Source of the DNA: Octopus bimaculoides
Lineage: Eukaryota
Assembly: GCF_001194135.2 (NCBI RefSeq)
Contig: NC_068987.1
Span: 40,471,801 to 40,535,800 of the forward strand
Direction: 5' to 3'
Length of the DNA: 64,000 nt
Shown: positions 10,485 through 21,329 of the stretch, in pieces
How positions within the stretch are numbered: position 1 is the first letter of the stretch
How the letters are laid out: each line of letters starts with the position of its first letter
The notes under the pieces: model-generated
Told to the model about the DNA's origin: nothing
Seen by the model: the letters and a program-made list of their open reading frames with translations, nothing else
The model's database searches: none
Position numbers and translations under genes: made by a program

Positions 10485-12897
10485 ACATAGCTCATTCACA
10501 TTTCCATAGCCACTCCTAAGAACAAAAAGCAACTCAAAGAGAAAACCAGTTCAGCTAACCAGTTGAGAGTAGGATTGCTAGGCTGGAGATCAGGATGAAA
10601 GCCAAGAAAATGCTTGAGTGTGAGGAGGCCTTCATTATGAAGGATAACAGTGTGCAAAAATTTTACAACAAGGGTAAACAAAAGTCAGGAAGATCCAGGA
10701 GGAAAAGAGAAAGAATTAAAGAGACAAAGGGTATGGCTATTGTCAGGAATGTGTGAGGGGTGGGAAGCCACTGTAATAAGTATTGTGAGATTAATTCCTT
10801 AGAGCAATAGTAAGTAGAGACAATGGGGCTGCTGGGGTTGTTAGGTTTATGAATCTTGGGCAGGAATAAATAGAAGGGCTGCATGGGCTCTGGAAAATGA
10901 GGTTGGAGGCAGTGTGGAGTAGAAAGGAGGAGGAAATAAGTACATGGATTGTGAAAGAAACAACTTGTTGGTAGTGAGGAATGGGGTTGGTGGGTAGAAC
11001 ATGAGAGGAGGAGATGTCTAGAAGTTGGTGGAGCACATCAGCCCTGTAGAGGTATGCATGCCACACAACCACAGCTTCATCCATGTCAGTCAGTTCAAAA
11101 ATATGTCCTCATGACATTGGAGGCAACAGAGGACTGAGCATTTGGCTTGTGAATTGACTGGAACACCTGCTGAAGTTGAACTGGTCTAGGGCATGGTGGC
11201 AAACACTTGCAAGCCAATCGACTGCATGGAACTGGCCAGAAGCTGGTACCCAGAGGAATGGTCAGTGACCCAGGTCTTGTTGAAGCAGCCTTGTTCAGTG
11301 GATGCAAGTGGAGCATTGTGAAAGAGGGCATGTAGCCTGACAAAAAGTGTTGGACATTGTCCCAGGTCCAAAACTAGTTACTGAACAGAGTAAGTGGTAT
11401 GAAATGGAGACCCTCATGAAGGAGAGAATGCTCAGCTTCAGAGAGAGAACAATCAGGAGGAATGGTCTCAAGAGGAGTGTGGGTGGTGGAGGCAGTGGAC
11501 TGTGAGGTGATAGAGGAGATAGTAGGTGGGATTGAGTGGGCATGACGACAGGGTGGGGCAAGAGCGGTTGGTGTAAACAGGGATGGGGGAAGAGGTATCA
11601 GGTGGGACAGGATGGAGCAGTGATTGGAGTTTGAAGTGCTTAGAGTGAGCAAGAAAGTCAAGGGAAAGGTAGTTAAGGTGGAGGATGAAACAGAAGGTAG
11701 AGTGGGCAGCAAAGCGAGAGCAGCAGGAAAAGAAGAAAGAATAGGCAAGTGGGAGAAGGCAGTCAAGGGTGAATATTTTAGTGAGATCAGAGCAGATAAA
11801 CACATAAGTTGGTGGAGGAAGAGTGGGAGGTAGAGTTGAAGTGAAGACAGAAGTCTTTAGGTATGAGGTTGAGGTGACGACAACAACTGAAGAAAGAAAT
11901 ATAGCAAGAGAAATGGCTTTTTAAAATGTATAAAGAAAGGTTGAAAGATGATTGGTACTTCCAAGGTAGGAAATGTAGTGTGTAATATTTGAAATGGTGG
12001 TGCAGATGGAGGAGGGAATATCAAACATGTTAGAGGAATGTAACGAGGAAGGTAAAGCAGTAATGTTAGTAAAGTTTGTGAAGTCTTGGTAGATTGGTGT
12101 GATACAAATCAACAACAGTGCTCAGCAAAATCTAGGAAGGTGATAATCCAAATAGAGTTACAGTCGTAATCTACATGCAGTTCAGTGGTAAGATAATCCT
12201 TGAAATACTGCAATAGTCCAAGAAGGGAGGAGTAGCTTAAAGGGAGTTCAGTCTGGGAAGGATCAAACTGGGGTGACCACTTGAGCATATATTATATGTA
12301 GTGCAAAAAAAAAACAAAAACAAACAGAGCATTAGGTTTACACTCAGAAAAATAGAAAGAAAAGAGCAAATGCATCTTAATTCTTCATTAGTCACATGGG
12401 GTGTGTTGTCACCCCAGTTTTTCTTAAATGCTTGTAATTTCTAGTTGGCAACTTATTTATTTGCTCCCTTCCTCTACTCTTCTGACTCAGTGAGGGTGTG
12501 TTGCAGGTGGTGTGGTACACTTGTGACTCAGTTGTCATGAGACGTAGATGTCGTTTTTGTCTAGTCACCCCATATAACTAATACAGTTCAAGTTTTAATG
12601 CATATTGTAATGGAGATTGCCAGTTATTTTTCAATGTTAATATTCATCATAGATATTAAAGAATTCCACAAAATGGTGCATTTTGTGGGTATTTTCAAAA
12701 TAAATGTGATCTGAATTGATGATTTTTTTTAGTTTTTCCTTAATTTCATAATTTATCTTATTGTTTTGTTTTATATTAATATCAATCAGCTACAAGAGTT
12801 TCAAACTTCTCAGCAGTGATTGCAGATATACTCTGAACCAACAAAATGAGTATATTTTACACCATAACTCTAGTCTGTTAACACCTCAAATGTAAAA

Positions 12898-13001
12898 TTT
12901 TTCCCTGAAGACAGAGGCTGGTGGTATCTGATGATGGAATCAAGTTACAATCATTATTTTAGATCACCAAGCCCCCAGAAACAGCTGTTGGACTCGTAAA
13001 A
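12898..13001 (+). ncRNA. Hammerhead-ribozyme-like motif with long stem II (PLE terminal-repeat type), partly decayed
   Basis: CTGAAGA at 12905-12911, extended hairpin, GAAA at 12978-12981, palindromic ACAGCTGT, H=T at 12989. Stem I TCC/GGA plus TTTT/AAAA. The base of stem II is mispaired. Confidence 0.55.
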
Positions 13002-13069
13002 CTCCTACTCAACCCCTGAAATTCCTGATATCATTCACATTCTGTGTAAGTTAGACTTTTTATATGCAT

Positions 13070-13480
13070 CATCATCATCATCATCATCGTTTAACGTCCG
13101 CTTTCCATGCTAGCATGGGTTGGACGATTTGACTGAGGACTGGTGAAACCGGATGGCAACACCAGGCTCCAATCTAATTTGGCAGAGTTTCTACAGCTGG
13201 ATGCCCTTCCTAACGCCAACCACTCAGAGAGTGTAGTGGGTGCTTTTACGTGTCACCCGCACGAAAACGGCCACGCTCGAAATAGTGTCTTTTATGTGCA
13301 ACCCGCACAAGCCAGTTCAGGGGCACTGGCAACGATCTCACTCGAAAATCCTACGGGAGCCAGCCAGGCGGTACTGGCAACGGCCACGCTCAAAATGGTG
13401 CATCTCATGTGCCACCCACACAAGAGCCAGTCCAGGGGCACTGGCAACGATCTTACTTGGCTTGCTGGGTCTTCTCACGC
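13070..13480 (-). mobile_element. RTE 3' UTR fragment with (CAT)n tail, little diverged
   Basis: Reverse complement of the 3' end at ~5300-5652. Confidence 0.88.
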
Positions 13481-13639
13481 ACAGCACATTTCCAATTTTT
13501 TGTATTAAATGTATTTAATATTTTTTGTATATCAATTTGCTTGTCCTTACATTACTGCTCTACCTGCTCAAGTTCAAATCTCTTGAGCACTACAAAGTGT
13601 ATCCTATATGGTGAGTACCTGTCTCTAATCTATAAACTA

Positions 13640-13799
13640 ATATTAAAGCTATAAACATTTTTGTATTGGAATTATGTACATTATTTACATTATTTACATT
13701 TGACGAATATTTGTCCTCATCTTGTTTGTTGTTAATACAACGTTTCGGCTGATATACCCTCCAGCCTTCCTGGGTTCTCATTCCTAAGGTATTTTTCGA

Positions 13800-13834
<35 letters not shown>

Positions 13835-13930
13835 TCACTGTCTGGAAATAAACTCAGAATCTTGGGGTTAGTAGCCCTTGTTCTTAATCACTACGCCATA
13901 TACCCATGGGCAATTATGGAGTGAATTTTA
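13640..13930 (-). mobile_element. Short dispersed-repeat fragments: hammerhead relic (13738-13770), (ATT)n and a SINE-head-like piece
   Basis: The minus strand reads GGCTG-GAGGGTATAT-CAGCC-GAA-ACGT-T; the CTGANGA core is missing. Confidence 0.45.
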
Positions 13931-14194
13931 GGGCTTATATGATCAGCTATACCCGATTTATCAATATCTCCTCGTGTCACAGCTTTGCGATGTTCTTCTA
14001 CCCTTATTTTGAGGAGGCGACATGTTTTGCCTTTGTATAACCTACCACAGCTGCATGGGATGGAGTATACGCAGTTTTTGGTAATATTCTCTTCTATTGG
14101 TGGTTTTACCCAAAGGAGTTATTTGCGAAGTGTTGTATTACTCTTGAATACTGCCCTGATGTCATATGGGCCACATATCTGGGCAACATAATTA

Positions 14195-14632
14195 TAGAGG
14201 AAGTTAACAGAGGTGTTGGAGATAGAGCAGAAGGATTTAAGGGCTGGGTGGAAGGATTAGACAAAAGACAGGAAGGAGTTGAGTTCTTTGTAGGAGAGTA
14301 AGGTCACACTGATACAGTTGTCAATATACTGATTGTATAGTGCAGGAATAAGACTGGTAAACTGTGAGAATATTTGAGAGTCAATGCAGCTAACAAATAG
14401 GTCTACATAGTTGGGGCCCACACTCGAGACCTGTTGGTAAAACGCTCCAATGAACAAAAAGCAATTCAAAGAGAAAACCAATTTATCTAACTGGATGAGA
14501 GTAGGAGTGCTAGGCTGGAAATCAGGATGAAAGTCAAGAAAATGTTTGAGTGTAAGGAGGCCTTCATTATGAGGGATAATGATGATGAAGGTAAACAAGA
14601 GTCAGGAAGGTCCAGGAGGAAATGAGAAGGAA
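14195..14632 (-). mobile_element. Penelope-like RT fragment (same family as 6640-12290)
   Basis: ORF 14257-14598 HNEGLLTLKHFLDF..FYQQVS..GPNYVDLFV..YNQYIDNCI is near-colinear with 10496-10700. Confidence 0.85.
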
Positions 14633-14750
14633 TTAACCCTTTAGCATTCAGATTATTCTGCCAAATGTAATGGTTATTTATTCACATTGTTTTGAATTAA
14701 TTATGCATTATCTAACAGCTTTGAAATTTCGATGATGTGATTATAGTTTT
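14633..14750. mobile_element. One end of a piggyBac-like MITE
   Basis: TTAA followed by CCCTTTAGCATTCAGATTA. No matching opposite end found. Confidence 0.45.
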
Positions 14751-15065
14751 AGCAAAGGAAGGAGCCAGGTTGAGTGTTGGAAGTGGGAAAAGAATTACTG
14801 ACCAGTAGAAAGAAAATTTTGCTCTTAGTGAAATAATGCTTTCAATAGTTATGAAATATAATTTTAATTTGCTAGAAAGTGCAGTTAAAGTTCTTATAAC
14901 TATTCTTGTTTATTTCTTCAGCGTTCTTTTTCCTTCAACTTTTAATATCAAATATTTCTGTTAATAAAATTTTGTGTAATGAAACTGTCATCTATTTTCT
15001 ATTGAAAATTTTATATATTTTTCACAAGTGTCTATACTTTTATGATGTGGTGGTTTATCTGCGAG

Positions 15066-15900
15066 ATCACGTCGGGGGGGTCACCACTTTTTTAGCCGGT
15101 CACCACTTTTTATAGCCATGTTTTGTTACCGTTTGTGTAACACTATTTTTATATGTTTCCTATTTGGAAATAGATAATAAATATATTTTACTTTCGAAGT
15201 AGGAATATATATTGATAAACCTGTTACTTATAACTTACTTATAAGTGTTATCATTATACGTAAATTCTGACTCCAGCTACATAAACGCCATAGCGAGGAG
15301 TATATACTCAGAAACGCTAACAGACATTTTATGTGTGCATGTATGTTGAAGATAAACAAATTCGTGTTCTTTTAACCACTATATAAAAAATACAGTTTCA
15401 TAATTGCAGAAATAAAATTCATTAACAAGTTGAAGAATGTGAAGAAAGAGAAAATAATTACTACATTATTTCATTTATGTACATTTAGCATTTATAGTAC
15501 AATTGGAAAGTAAAGTCATTTTGTTGTAGAGAATTACGACTTAAATTTCACACTAGCTAATCTTTCATACTAACTACTAGAGTTCCTTGTTGGATTTTTT
15601 ATCATAGACATGGCATACAAAAAAGGGCCAATATCTCAATGAGTGACTGTCATGGAGTTTAGTAACAAACCAACGAACACTATCGTGAGTGTCATGGAGT
15701 TTAGTAACAATCCTACAAACATTATCGTGAGTGTTGTGGAGTTTAGTAACACCCAACGAACACTGATTAATTTCCTCAAAATCAGGGTTTTTATACTGGC
15801 TCATACCTGAATTCTAAGAACCATATTTCATGAAAAGAATTCTTTTTGACGAAAGTCTAGAATTCAAATATGGGCAGTAATTTTAACCAATGTTTGGGAA
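15066..15900 (-). mobile_element. Probable LTR-retrotransposon remnant: tRNA-Trp PBS (15066-15086) with adjacent putative LTR
   Basis: ATCACGTCG(G)7TCACCA matches the tRNA-Trp 3' end (ATCACGTCGGGGTCACCA) apart from extra Gs. A partial second copy GGTCACCA lies at ~15098. LTR limits are uncertain. Confidence 0.55.
15645..15765. repeat. 42-bp tandem repeat, about 3 copies
   Basis: GAGTGTCATGGAGTTTAGTAACA.. with unit starts spaced 42 bp apart (15687, 15729). Confidence 0.9.
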
Positions 15901-15935
15901 AACAACCATTATGTCATATTGCTGCCTTTTATGAC

Positions 15936-18900
15936 TTGCTACAGCTGGATGCCCTTCCTAATGCCAACTGCTCCAAGAGTGTAACAGGTGCTAGTTGCAT
16001 GGCATCAGTATCTGCCATGACTACAATTTCATTTGGCTTGATGGGTCCTCTTCTCATGAATGGCATATTGCCAAAGGTCTCAGTCATTTGTCATTGCCTC
16101 TGTGAGGCCCAATGCTCAAAAGGTGTTTTTTACGTGCTAGTTACACCACACCAGCAATGGCCACATAGCCTCCGTGAAGTCCAATACTTGAAAGGTGCTT
16201 TTTACATCCAACCAGTACGGGTGCTAGTTACACAATACCAGCATTGGCCACATTAGCTCTGTGAGGCCCAAAGCTCAAAAGTTGCCGTTTTACGTGCCAC
16301 TGGCATGGGTGCTAAATACATGACACCAGCATTGGTCACATTGCTTCTGTGAAGCCCAACGCTCAAAAGATGTTCCTATGTGGTTCTGGCATGAGTGCCA
16401 GTAACATTTCACCGGCATCAGCCACGACTATGGTTTCATTTGGCTTGATGGGTCTTAACAAGCAAGGCATATCACCAAAAGTCTTGGTCACTAGTCTTTG
16501 CTTCCATGAGGCCCAAAGTTCAAAGATCATGCTTCACCACCTCATCCCGTCTTCCTGGGTCTACCTCTTCTACATGTTTCCTCCACATTCAGAGATTGGT
16601 ATGACCATAGCAGCACAGTTGTCTCACTTGCACATTACATCTGACACCTCTTATGCACAGCTTTTCTCTCAAGATGCTTACACTGTTGTACATGCACGCT
16701 GACATTGCACATCCAGCAAACATGCCAGGTTCATTTCTTTCAAGCCTATGGCAGTCACAGCCCATGTTTCACTGCCATGTAGTATAGCTCTTCGCACATG
16801 GACATCAATCTGAGGGAGAGGCCCTTTGTTGCCAACAGAGGTAGGAGCTCTCTGAACTTTGCCCAGCCTATTCTTATTCCAACAGCTACACCTCAAACCA
16901 TCCACCTCCACTACTGACCTGGTTACCTAGATAACAGAAGCTATCCACTACCTCTAGCTTACCCCACTGACATTTGATGGAGTCTATTTTCTGTACATTT
17001 TTAGTGTTTATTGTACCTGTGCACCTTCCACACACAAAAACTATTTTTCCAATTAACTTTTCTCTGATATTGCTACACCACTTATGTGTCCATAGCTTGC
17101 ACTGGGTACATCTTATGAAATTTCTACCTACACCTTTCCTACAGATCAAGCAGGGCCATCTACCTGAAGGCATTTGTAATTTGTCTACTTTCCTACTTGC
17201 TAAGACTTTGGTTTTGGCTAGGGTAACTCTAAGGCCCTTCAGTTCTAGACCTTGTTTCCACACCTGATATTTCTTGTCTAGTTCTGATAGTGATTTAGCT
17301 ATAAGAACAAGGTCATCGGCATAGAGGAGCTCCCAGGTGCTTCCCCCATGTCAACAAAGGCCTAGTACAGAGGTTTATATTTAGCTAGGTATTTCCCTTG
17401 CAGCTGCCTTACCAGAAATATAGCATCAGTGGTGCTTCACCATGGCACAAAACCAAACTAAATCTCATCTAGACTAACTCTCTCCCTAATTACTTGAGCT
17501 ATGATCTTCTCTGTCTGTGACTTTCATCACCTGATCCAATAATTTGATACCTCTGTAATTATTTCTCTCTAAGGCATTTTAGTAGAAAGTGGGTTATACA
17601 TCTTTAGATTGTATACCTGACTTTCTACTATAAAATTAAAGAAATAGACGGAACGCTGAACTCCAGACTAAACAACTTAAACAACATTTATTTACTTGGT
17701 AAAACATACATATCTTTAGTTATACATCTTTAGAGGTGAGAATAACGAGCTGTCGAGTATAAGACCGAAAGATGTAGGGACAGCTTTTAAACACACGTCC
17801 ATGCTCAATCGCTGGCCAGCGAGAAAGAGAATGAATTGAGCGGGAAACGCTTGCTTTATTAATTCTACGCATGCGCAGGCNNNNNNNNNNNNNNNNNNNN
17901 NNNNNNNNNNNNNNNNNNNNNNNNNNNNNNNNNNNNNNNNNNNNNNNNNNNNNNNNNNNNNNNNNNNNNNNNNNNNNNNNNNNNNNNNNNNNNNNNNNNN
18001 NNNNNNNNNNNNNNNNNNNNNNNNNNNNNNNNNNNNNNNNNNNNNNNNNNNNNNNNNNNNNNNNNNNNNNNNNNNNNNNNNNNNNNNNNNNNNNNNNNNN
18101 NNNNNNNNNNNNNNNNNNNNNNNNNNNNNNNNNNNNNNNNNNNNNNNNNNNNNNNNNNNNNNNNNNNNNNNNNNNNNNNNNNNNNNNNNNNNNNNNNNNN
18201 NNNNNNNNNNNNNNNNNNNNNNNNNNNNNNNNNNNNNNNNNNNNNNNNNNNNNNNNNNNNNNNNNNNNNNNNNNNNNNNNNNNNNNNNNNNNNNNNNNNN
18301 NNNNNNNNNNNNNNNNNNNNNNNNNNNNNNNNNNNNNNNNNNNNNNNNNNNNNNNNNNNNNNNNNNNNNNNNNNNNNNNNNNNNNNNNNNNNNNNNNNNN
18401 NNNNNNNNNNNNNNNNNNNNNNNNNNNNNNNNNNNNNNNNNNNNNNNNNNNNNNNNNNNNNNNNNNNNNNNNNNNNNNNNNNNNNNNNNNNNNNNNNNNN
18501 NNNNNNNNNNNNNNNNNNNNNNNNNNNNNNNNNNNNNNNNNNNNNNNNNNNNNNNNNNNNNNNNNNNNNNNNNNNNNNNNNNNNNNNNNNNNNNNNNNNN
18601 NNNNNNNNNGTTTGAAGAGGTACGCTTTTACAGAACGATCGACAGACACAATTTCTGTACTATCATTAGCGAAAACCTCGAAGAAAAATGTTCTTAACCC
18701 AAGATGAAAGAACGACCGTGCGAAATGAATAACAAGAGTTATTGTGTGACATCAAAGATGTATGTGTAATGTGAGAGTGTGAAATGCGACATATAAAAAT
18801 ATAAAAAGCAGGCCGTAAATCCTGTCTGTTTCTCGTGAGTGGAAAAAAAATCCACTCTAACAGAGACGAGAATAAAAACCGCTCTTGTTGAGTCGTGTTG

Positions 18901-21060
18901 ACTATGTTTGGAGATGTTGGTAATGTGTAGTTCAGTCTCCATGGCCGTATTTGTTCTTTAGTCGAGGTTCACCAGTTATAACTTGGTAATCCGTAGTTCA
19001 TGCTGCGTTTTTTTCTTCGTCGGGGGTCACCACTTTAGTTCATGCTGCGTCGGGGGTCACCACTTTAGTAGAAAGTGGGTTATACATCTTTAGATTGTAT
19101 ACCTGACTTTCTACTATAAAATTGAAGAAATAGACGGAACGCTGAACTCCAGACTAAACAACTTAAACAACATTTATTTACTTGGTAAAACATACATATC
19201 TTTAGTTATACATCTTTAGAAGTGAGAATAACGAGCTGTCGAGTATAAGACCGAAGATGTAGGGACAGCTTTTAAACACACGTCCATGCTCAATCGCTGG
19301 CCAGCGAGAAAGAGAATGAATTGAGCGGGAAACGCTTGCTTTATTAATTCTACGCATGTGCAGGCGTTACTACAGCATCAATTTACCTTTGTAGCAGTTG
19401 ACTATGGCACTGCTACACCAGTCATTGGGTATGACTCCTTCATGTAACACCTGGTTAACTATACAGGTGACTAAACTATAACCCACACCGCTAGATAGTT
19501 TAAGCATTTCAGTGATTATTCCTGATGGGCTGGGGGCTTTCCCCATCTTCATATCCTTCCTGGCTTTATTTACAATGCTACTGTCTGTCTGGATTGCTGG
19601 TCCCTCTGTTGGATCAACATTATGTAGACTCTCCTTCTCTCATGCATTCTCTAAATTCAGAAGCCTTTCACAGTAACACTTCCAAGCCTCTTTCTTTGTA
19701 GAGTCGCTAACTGCAAGTGAACCCTCACCCATGTGAACACACTTCTCTCCTATGACATTACAATTTTCTCTGGTACACTGTCTTGCAAACCAAAACACCT
19801 CAAGCCACTGGTCCTCACACAGCAAAACATTGGCTACTTTCTTTTCTGCTTCACCCTTGGCTAAGTATACCTGCCTCCTAGCTTCCCTTCTAACTGCCTG
19901 ATATAACTCCTTGCTACCCCCACATTTCCAGTCCTTCCAAGCCTGTTTCTGTGCTCTGATGGCCCTATCAACTACATTGTTCCACCACCATGTCACCCTA
20001 GATCTGGTTGGGACTTTGGACCACCCACAAATTTGGTCTGTGGCTCTCAGTAAGTTGTTTCCCAGTTATCCTTTATACTGCAAGTTTGTAACTCCTCCTC
20101 CTTCTCATCAAAAGCTTCAGTTAGGACGTCCCTAAACCTCTGTCTATTCAAAGGATCTTTAAACTTCCAGATCTTTCTTTTCCAAACTGGCTTGCTTCTT
20201 GGGCACCTTCATGCCCACTAACGAAGTCACTAATGAGTAATCTATGCTGAGGGGTACATTCTTCATCAGGGAAGGCCTTTGCATTTAAGAGCAACCACAA
20301 ATCCCTTTTTCTGGTGAGGATGTAGTCAATCTGGCAAGAATGGTCACCAGATTTATAGGTTATCAGGTGACTGGCTGGCTTTCTGAAGTTGGTGTTGCAG
20401 ATCAATAGGTCATTTGTATCACTGAACTCCAGCAACCTTGTTCTCTCTTTGTTTCAGGAGCCAATTCCATGGCCCCCATGCACTCTATGAAAGACACTTG
20501 GGAGCTGCCCAACATGTCAATTGAAATCACCAGCCACAAAGATAAGGTCACTGTCATTTATCTTCAAAGTGGCCTGCAAAAGAGTGTCATAAAAGCAGTC
20601 CTTCTGTTCATTTGGCAAACCCAATTGTGGGGGCATAGGCAGAGATGAATTTTGCAGTGCTATTCTGCAAAACTAGTCTAAGCTTAAGTATCCTATCACA
20701 TATTCTGACTACTTCAATTACCTTATTTACCCATTTCTCTGCTAGAAGTATGCCAACATTTCCTACCCTGTACCTGTTGCCCTCCCAGAAGAATCTATAC
20801 CTATACCTTTTCCCAGTGAGGAACCTGGCTGGAACTCCCTTCCACTGAATTTCTTGGATGCAGCACATAGCAACACATCTCTTTTCAAGCATCTCAACAA
20901 TTTCACCTGACCTACCCTGCAATGTACCTACATTGACAGTGCCAACTCTGAGGGAATGTATGGGGGGACAGGAGGTAACATGGGGAAGAACTGCAGTTAT
21001 TGGTATTTGAGAAGAAGACTGTAACAAACATTTGCCAACAGACATGACATAGCATTTTTA
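15936..21060 (-). mobile_element. Near full-length decayed RTE LINE (APE, RT, Cys-rich insert), interrupted by an LTR element at 17578-19374
   Basis: LRVGTVNVGTL..CCIQE, ISAYAP, QIDYIL, GKAPSPSG, NCYKGK|ALERNNYRGIKL across the insertion, LLYADDL (with an internal deletion), and the 3' UTR. Confidence 0.92.
17578..19374 (-). mobile_element. Young, internally deleted Gypsy-type LTR retrotransposon (~1.8 kb, TRIM-like)
   Basis: LTRs at 19064-19374 and 17578-17880 (cut by the gap), about 4 differences in ~303 bp. Minus strand starts TGTAGTA. 4-bp TSD GCAT (17574-17577 / 19375-19378). PBS TGGTGACCCCCGACG follows the 5' LTR. Integrase-C-like EIVSVDRSVKAYL at ~18620-18660. Confidence 0.85.
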
Positions 21061-21329
21061 CTCATATTTAATCCACCAATGCTACCTCCATTGGACATGT
21101 GTGCTGTACCAGCATTAGTACAGCAGTGTTAGTACAGATACCAGTAAATATGCATAAGTTGACTTAAGTTAGCTGGTTAGTTATTGTTACTGTTATTAGT
21201 AGTGGGTGCCATTAAAGTACAAATATAGGTAAATAAGATAGTTGAATAAACAGGATAAGGGTAATTAATTCGTTATATATAGTGGGTGACTAATTAATTA
21301 ACTATTAAATAACTAAGCAGTAAACAATA

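Larger units (their letters stand above)
6640..12290 (-). mobile_element. Decayed Penelope-like element (tentatively Neptune-type RT), split by a hAT insertion at 7561-10484
   Basis: LSEAEHSLLHEGLHFIP (11374-11805), HNEGLLTLKHFL..LAELVFSL..GVAM (10496-10681), YVNLFISYVEAKIF (~7510-7560), PTDSHSYIDF (7115-7330). The RT reads across the hAT insertion site. Confidence 0.8.

Noticed and set aside
15062-15086. tRNA-Trp gene
   Set aside because: Only the 3'-terminal ~18 nt including CCA match, there is no cloverleaf, and the context fits a retroelement PBS.
15645-15765. CRISPR-like array (also 32271-32375 and 37605-37690)
   Set aside because: The units are contiguous with no unique spacers, the DNA is eukaryotic, and there are no cas genes.
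17578-17880. Gap-flanking duplication as an assembly artefact
   Set aside because: The copies differ at about 4 positions, and there is a TSD, a PBS and a host RTE frame that rejoins across the insertion.
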